Of a stretch of DNA of 20,000 nt, positions 16,949-20,000 are shown piece by piece. Origin of the DNA: an uncultured virus (IMG/VR IMGVR_UViG_3300025133_000075) (Duplodnaviria; Heunggongvirae; Uroviricota; Caudoviricetes); IMG/VR virus record IMGVR_UViG_3300025133_000075. One strand, given 5' to 3'. The notes below the pieces were generated by a model. It was not told the origin of the DNA, made no database searches, and saw only the letters and a list, made by a program, of their open reading frames with translations. The translations under genes and the position numbers were made by a program. Positions within the stretch are counted from its first letter, which is position 1, and every line of letters begins with the position of its first letter.

Positions 16949-17979
16949 CTAATCACCTCTTTCCCTTTCTTCGTGAACCGCTTGAACTTCACTGAATCGT
17001 GAATCTGGAGCTTCGTCCCTTCCGCACTCGCCACTTTGACCGGCTTCCCATTCGTGTCCCAAATGGTGATCTTATCGTACAGACCGGCTTTGATCGCTTT
17101 GGGAACCACCGCAGAAACTGCTTTGTGGGTATTCTTCAGCATCGTCTCTGGAGGCAACCGGCCCGTCTTGGCTGCTCTCTTTCGATTCCGCTTGATCGCC
17201 ACTTTTGTGGGAACCGAGACATAATGAGCGACAACTGTGCCGCCCCCGTCACGAATCTTCTTCACCTTTTTCCCGAGAGAATCCAGACCGCTATCCCCAG
17301 TGCCATCCAGCAGCGAATTGAAAGACCCCTTAGTGGCTTTGGAATGAATCTGCTTGGATAGGTAGCTGGATTCTTCATGAGCGAAAGCAGCAGCAGTCGA
17401 GTCTTTGCCCACAACCCCTTTTCGGTATTCTGGCAGCAATGATTTGATATGATCGCTGTCGATCGTGACTGTGTTTTTCGGGACTGATACCTGTCCTGAC
17501 TTTATTATACCAGATTTTCCCGAAGCTGGACCCCCTCCCATCAGATAACCTGTCGGCTTACTGACTGGAGTCTTCCCCTCGAAATGGGCATCAATGATCT
17601 CTTTGTGCAAAGCTTGTCGAGCTTTTGAGTAGCCGCCAGTCCGAGAGGAGTGCTGCCCTTCGCTGTCCTTCCCTTTCGGATTGACCGGCTTGTAAGCTTT
17701 CGGATCTTCAGATGATTTGAATTTCCATTCTGGAAGCCTGGCTTTCTTCGTCTTCGCTTTCCAACTCGCAGAATCAACCGATTCCCCACCTTCAGCTTTT
17801 GGTGGTTCTTTACCCGCACCTCCAGCAGCTCCAGCAGCTCCTGATCGACTTGGTCCACCTCTTCCATGGGTGGACTGATCATGTGATCCGTGCTTGCTCG
17901 CCCAAAGAACGTCAGCTGTCACATCGATCACTTTTGCCAGTGCTTTTATTCTCTTTTTCTTGGAAAGCATTGCACACAC
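16945..17979 (-). CDS. Zeta-toxin-like P-loop kinase with N-terminal KHGSHDQSTHG tag
   Basis: Walker A GGGPASGKS, IDSDHIK, HEES, LLDGTG and R..KTGR..P, typical of the zeta toxin/PezT family; tag at aa 29. Confidence 0.8.
   Translation of the reverse strand: MCAMLSKKKRIKALAKVIDVTADVLWASKHGSHDQSTHGRGGPSRSGAAGAAGGAGKEPPKAEGGESVDSASWKAKTKKARLPEWKFKSSEDPKAYKPVNPKGKDSEGQHSSRTGGYSKARQALHKEIIDAHFEGKTPVSKPTGYLMGGGPASGKSGIIKSGQVSVPKNTVTIDSDHIKSLLPEYRKGVVGKDSTAAAFAHEESSYLSKQIHSKATKGSFNSLLDGTGDSGLDSLGKKVKKIRDGGGTVVAHYVSVPTKVAIKRNRKRAAKTGRLPPETMLKNTHKAVSAVVPKAIKAGLYDKITIWDTNGKPVKVASAEGTKLQIHDSVKFKRFTKKGKEVIR
17863..17895 (-). repeat. Effector tag copy 1 (KHGSHDQSTHG)
   Basis: aa 29 of the zeta-like kinase. 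Confidence 0.95.
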
Positions 17980-17996
17980 ACCTTTTGTTAATCACT

Positions 17997-18383
17997 CTAA
18001 TTGAATCGAGAACTGGAAGAAGCATTACACTCCACTCGCCACACCACCCCAAGCCCCGCTGAAGCGTCTGGATTCGGACTGGATATTACATCAAACACTT
18101 GTTGATCCGCTGAAGCAATGGCTGTCCCGTTCTGCTCTGTCATCCGAAGCGTCATGCCTTCGTGTACACCTGGGTCATCCGAAAAGAAGACTTTTCGGTT
18201 CACGTTGATCCCCCGCTTCTGAAATTCATGAATTTCAGAAGCAGACATCTGCTGCACCCAGCACTCCACATCAGAAGAGATCACTGTGGTGGTTTCTCTT
18301 GGCAGACCATCCCCACCGGAAACTTTAACTCGTTCCCGTTTGGATATCGATACCTTATGTGGCAAATCATTGAGAATGCTCAT
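17997..18383 (-). CDS. Putative head-closure (SPP1 gp16-like) protein
   Basis: 128 aa, beta-rich (HKVSI, VECWVQQMS, KVFF, WRVEC); coupled to the adaptor gene. Confidence 0.55.
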   Translation of the reverse strand: MSILNDLPHKVSISKRERVKVSGGDGLPRETTTVISSDVECWVQQMSASEIHEFQKRGINVNRKVFFSDDPGVHEGMTLRMTEQNGTAIASADQQVFDVISSPNPDASAGLGVVWRVECNASSSSRFN

Positions 18384-19234
18384 AAAGCAATCATCCCGCC
18401 AAAGTTGATAAAGGGCTCCAAACGATCAGCGGTGGAAGCCAACACATCCGCACCAGAGCCCATCAATGAGCCTATGATGGTCCCATCTGCAGAATACGAA
18501 TAATCTCCCAGATTCTCCGAAGTCAGAGCTCCTGTGCCGTGTCCCGTCCTGTCTTTGCGTCTGGACCAAGCCGACTTGAATTTACGAACAGCTTCATCCA
18601 TAACAGATTCTCTGATAGGAGATGCGTCTATCGATAAATCTTCACCGGCAAACTCAGTGGCTGTGTAACCTGCCACATAAACGATCTTAACCGAATTTGC
18701 GATAGATGGCCAAGAGCCCTGTGAGCGAATGATGCCATCCCCGGCCACTTTATAGCCGTTGGAATCCTCCATGTCGTAATTAGGCCAAAAGTCTGTGCCC
18801 ACCACTTGCAGCGTGTCTGTACTAAACGATCCCGATCGTGTTCCCGATCGACCATCATAATCGACCCTCAGATCAATACCATTCGCTCCCAATTCGTCAA
18901 ACTCTCTGATCGGCAGTCGCTTCACTTGCAACTCTTCGGAAACAGTTCCAGCCAATCGCCGGATGTGAGCTTGTGTAGAATCCACCTCCCAGATCTTAGC
19001 GTCCCCAGATGATGAAAAATCGATCTGTGGATAGTACTCCGTCTGGACCGCCATCACAGGATTGTATTGAAGCAACCGAAACACAGCCCCTTCCGCTTTC
19101 TTCAGAGAAGCAGTAGCAATCTCTGTCTCTGCAGATGATGGGGACGTGATCCCAAGGTACGTCAACAAATCCGCCAATGTGACGATCTGTCCAATTAGCG
19201 ACGAAGCTTCCGAACCGCCTGTGACATCTACCAT
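18380..19234 (-). CDS. Putative head-tail adaptor (HK97 gp6/SPP1 gp15-like)
   Basis: IVTLADLLTYLGI, AEGAV..L, VKIVYVAGY and SENLGDYSYS motifs. Confidence 0.65.
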   Translation of the reverse strand: MVDVTGGSEASSLIGQIVTLADLLTYLGITSPSSAETEIATASLKKAEGAVFRLLQYNPVMAVQTEYYPQIDFSSSGDAKIWEVDSTQAHIRRLAGTVSEELQVKRLPIREFDELGANGIDLRVDYDGRSGTRSGSFSTDTLQVVGTDFWPNYDMEDSNGYKVAGDGIIRSQGSWPSIANSVKIVYVAGYTATEFAGEDLSIDASPIRESVMDEAVRKFKSAWSRRKDRTGHGTGALTSENLGDYSYSADGTIIGSLMGSGADVLASTADRLEPFINFGGMIAL

Positions 19235-19243
19235 CGTAAACTC

Positions 19244-19804
19244 CTATGTGATCGTTGCCGATCCCGCCGAACTGACCGTAACCGTAGCTGGATTGGTAAA
19301 ATTAAATCCTGCTTTTTGTCGCCAGAGATAATATGTACCTGCGTCCAGATTGAAAACACAAACAGCAGATGAATTTGACCGAACTGAGGCGTATACATCT
19401 GTTGCCGGATCCCCATCTGAAGTAGTCAAGACCACATCACACTCAGGAACCAAAGAACCACCTGACAACTTAATTGTCAAAGATACCTCGAAAGCCCCCA
19501 CCCCAGAAGAATCGGTGGTCGCTGTACCAGGTAGCGTATCATGACACAAATATGTGCCAGTGTCGTCCACCAAAACTTCAGTAACACCAGTCACAATCGT
19601 GTTATCAGATGCATCAGTCACTCGGTACTCATGAATGCCCACAAGTGCCTGCGTGACAGTAGCCGTACCCCTAGACTTGTTGTTTGTCCGACGAGTGATC
19701 GCATCGCCAGTACCATTAACCAGGGTGTCTCCATTGACAGCATACAATTTCAAAGTGAACGTACCCGTGTCTGGAATTTCACATTGAATAATGGTACTGG
19801 GCAT
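19244..19804 (-). CDS. Thr-rich beta-sandwich protein, probably virion-structural
   Basis: 186 aa; C-terminal prealbumin-like pattern (FNLDAGTYYLWRQKAGFNF). Confidence 0.6.
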   Translation of the reverse strand: MPSTIIQCEIPDTGTFTLKLYAVNGDTLVNGTGDAITRRTNNKSRGTATVTQALVGIHEYRVTDASDNTIVTGVTEVLVDDTGTYLCHDTLPGTATTDSSGVGAFEVSLTIKLSGGSLVPECDVVLTTSDGDPATDVYASVRSNSSAVCVFNLDAGTYYLWRQKAGFNFTNPATVTVSSAGSATIT

Positions 19805-19845
19805 AAATATCTCTCACTCTTTACAGAATTGCAGAAAGACCTCAC

Positions 19846-19974
19846 TTCCACCGTGATGCTCGATTCTTTGGCCTGTCATCCATTACGATTCAGGATCGTT
19901 CGTAGGACTGTTTACAGCCTTGAAAGTGATGCCCACGACTACGGCAGTTCCACCGTGATGATCGATTCTTTGGC
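19846..19974. repeat. 27-bp direct repeat, two copies
   Basis: TTCCACCGTGATG[C/A]TCGATTCTTTGGC at 19846-19872 and 19948-19974, one mismatch. Confidence 0.85.
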
Positions 19975-20000
19975 TATGTCGGCGGCCCGCCTTACTTCAG

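Noticed and set aside
8830..17895. Tag DNA repeats as a CRISPR array or DGR template/variable repeats
   Set aside because: Copies are in-frame coding, irregularly spaced by 0.5-4 kb, with no cas or reverse transcriptase genes and no adenine-specific mismatch pattern.
428..19544. Plus-strand ORFs in the track (e.g. 428..1234, 15510..16055)
   Set aside because: They are antisense shadows of well-supported minus-strand genes, with no recognisable motifs.

Overview
This window is the head-morphogenesis region of a tailed (HK97-fold) phage or prophage, encoded almost entirely on the minus strand. In transcription order it contains a beta-rich structural gene, head-tail adaptor, head-closure protein, zeta-toxin-like kinase, three small ORFs, portal, an ~7.7 kb block of MuF/gp7-associated effector genes, several small ORFs, prohead protease, major capsid protein and a partial downstream ORF. 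The standout feature is a short peptide tag, K-H-G-S-H-[DN]-Q-x-[TS]-H-G-R-G, found 8 times in 4 proteins. Seven copies sit at the N-terminal edge of a predicted enzymatic effector module: a zeta-like kinase, GNAT, ADP-ribosyltransferase-like domains, a zincin protease and a HipA/PI3K-like kinase. The eighth is truncated and has no cargo. Several copies are near-identical at the DNA level. I infer a modular, virion-loaded effector cassette system built on a split MuF scaffold, with the tag possibly serving as packaging/cleavage signal and recombination joint. Domain calls come from motif recognition by eye; no database searches were run.
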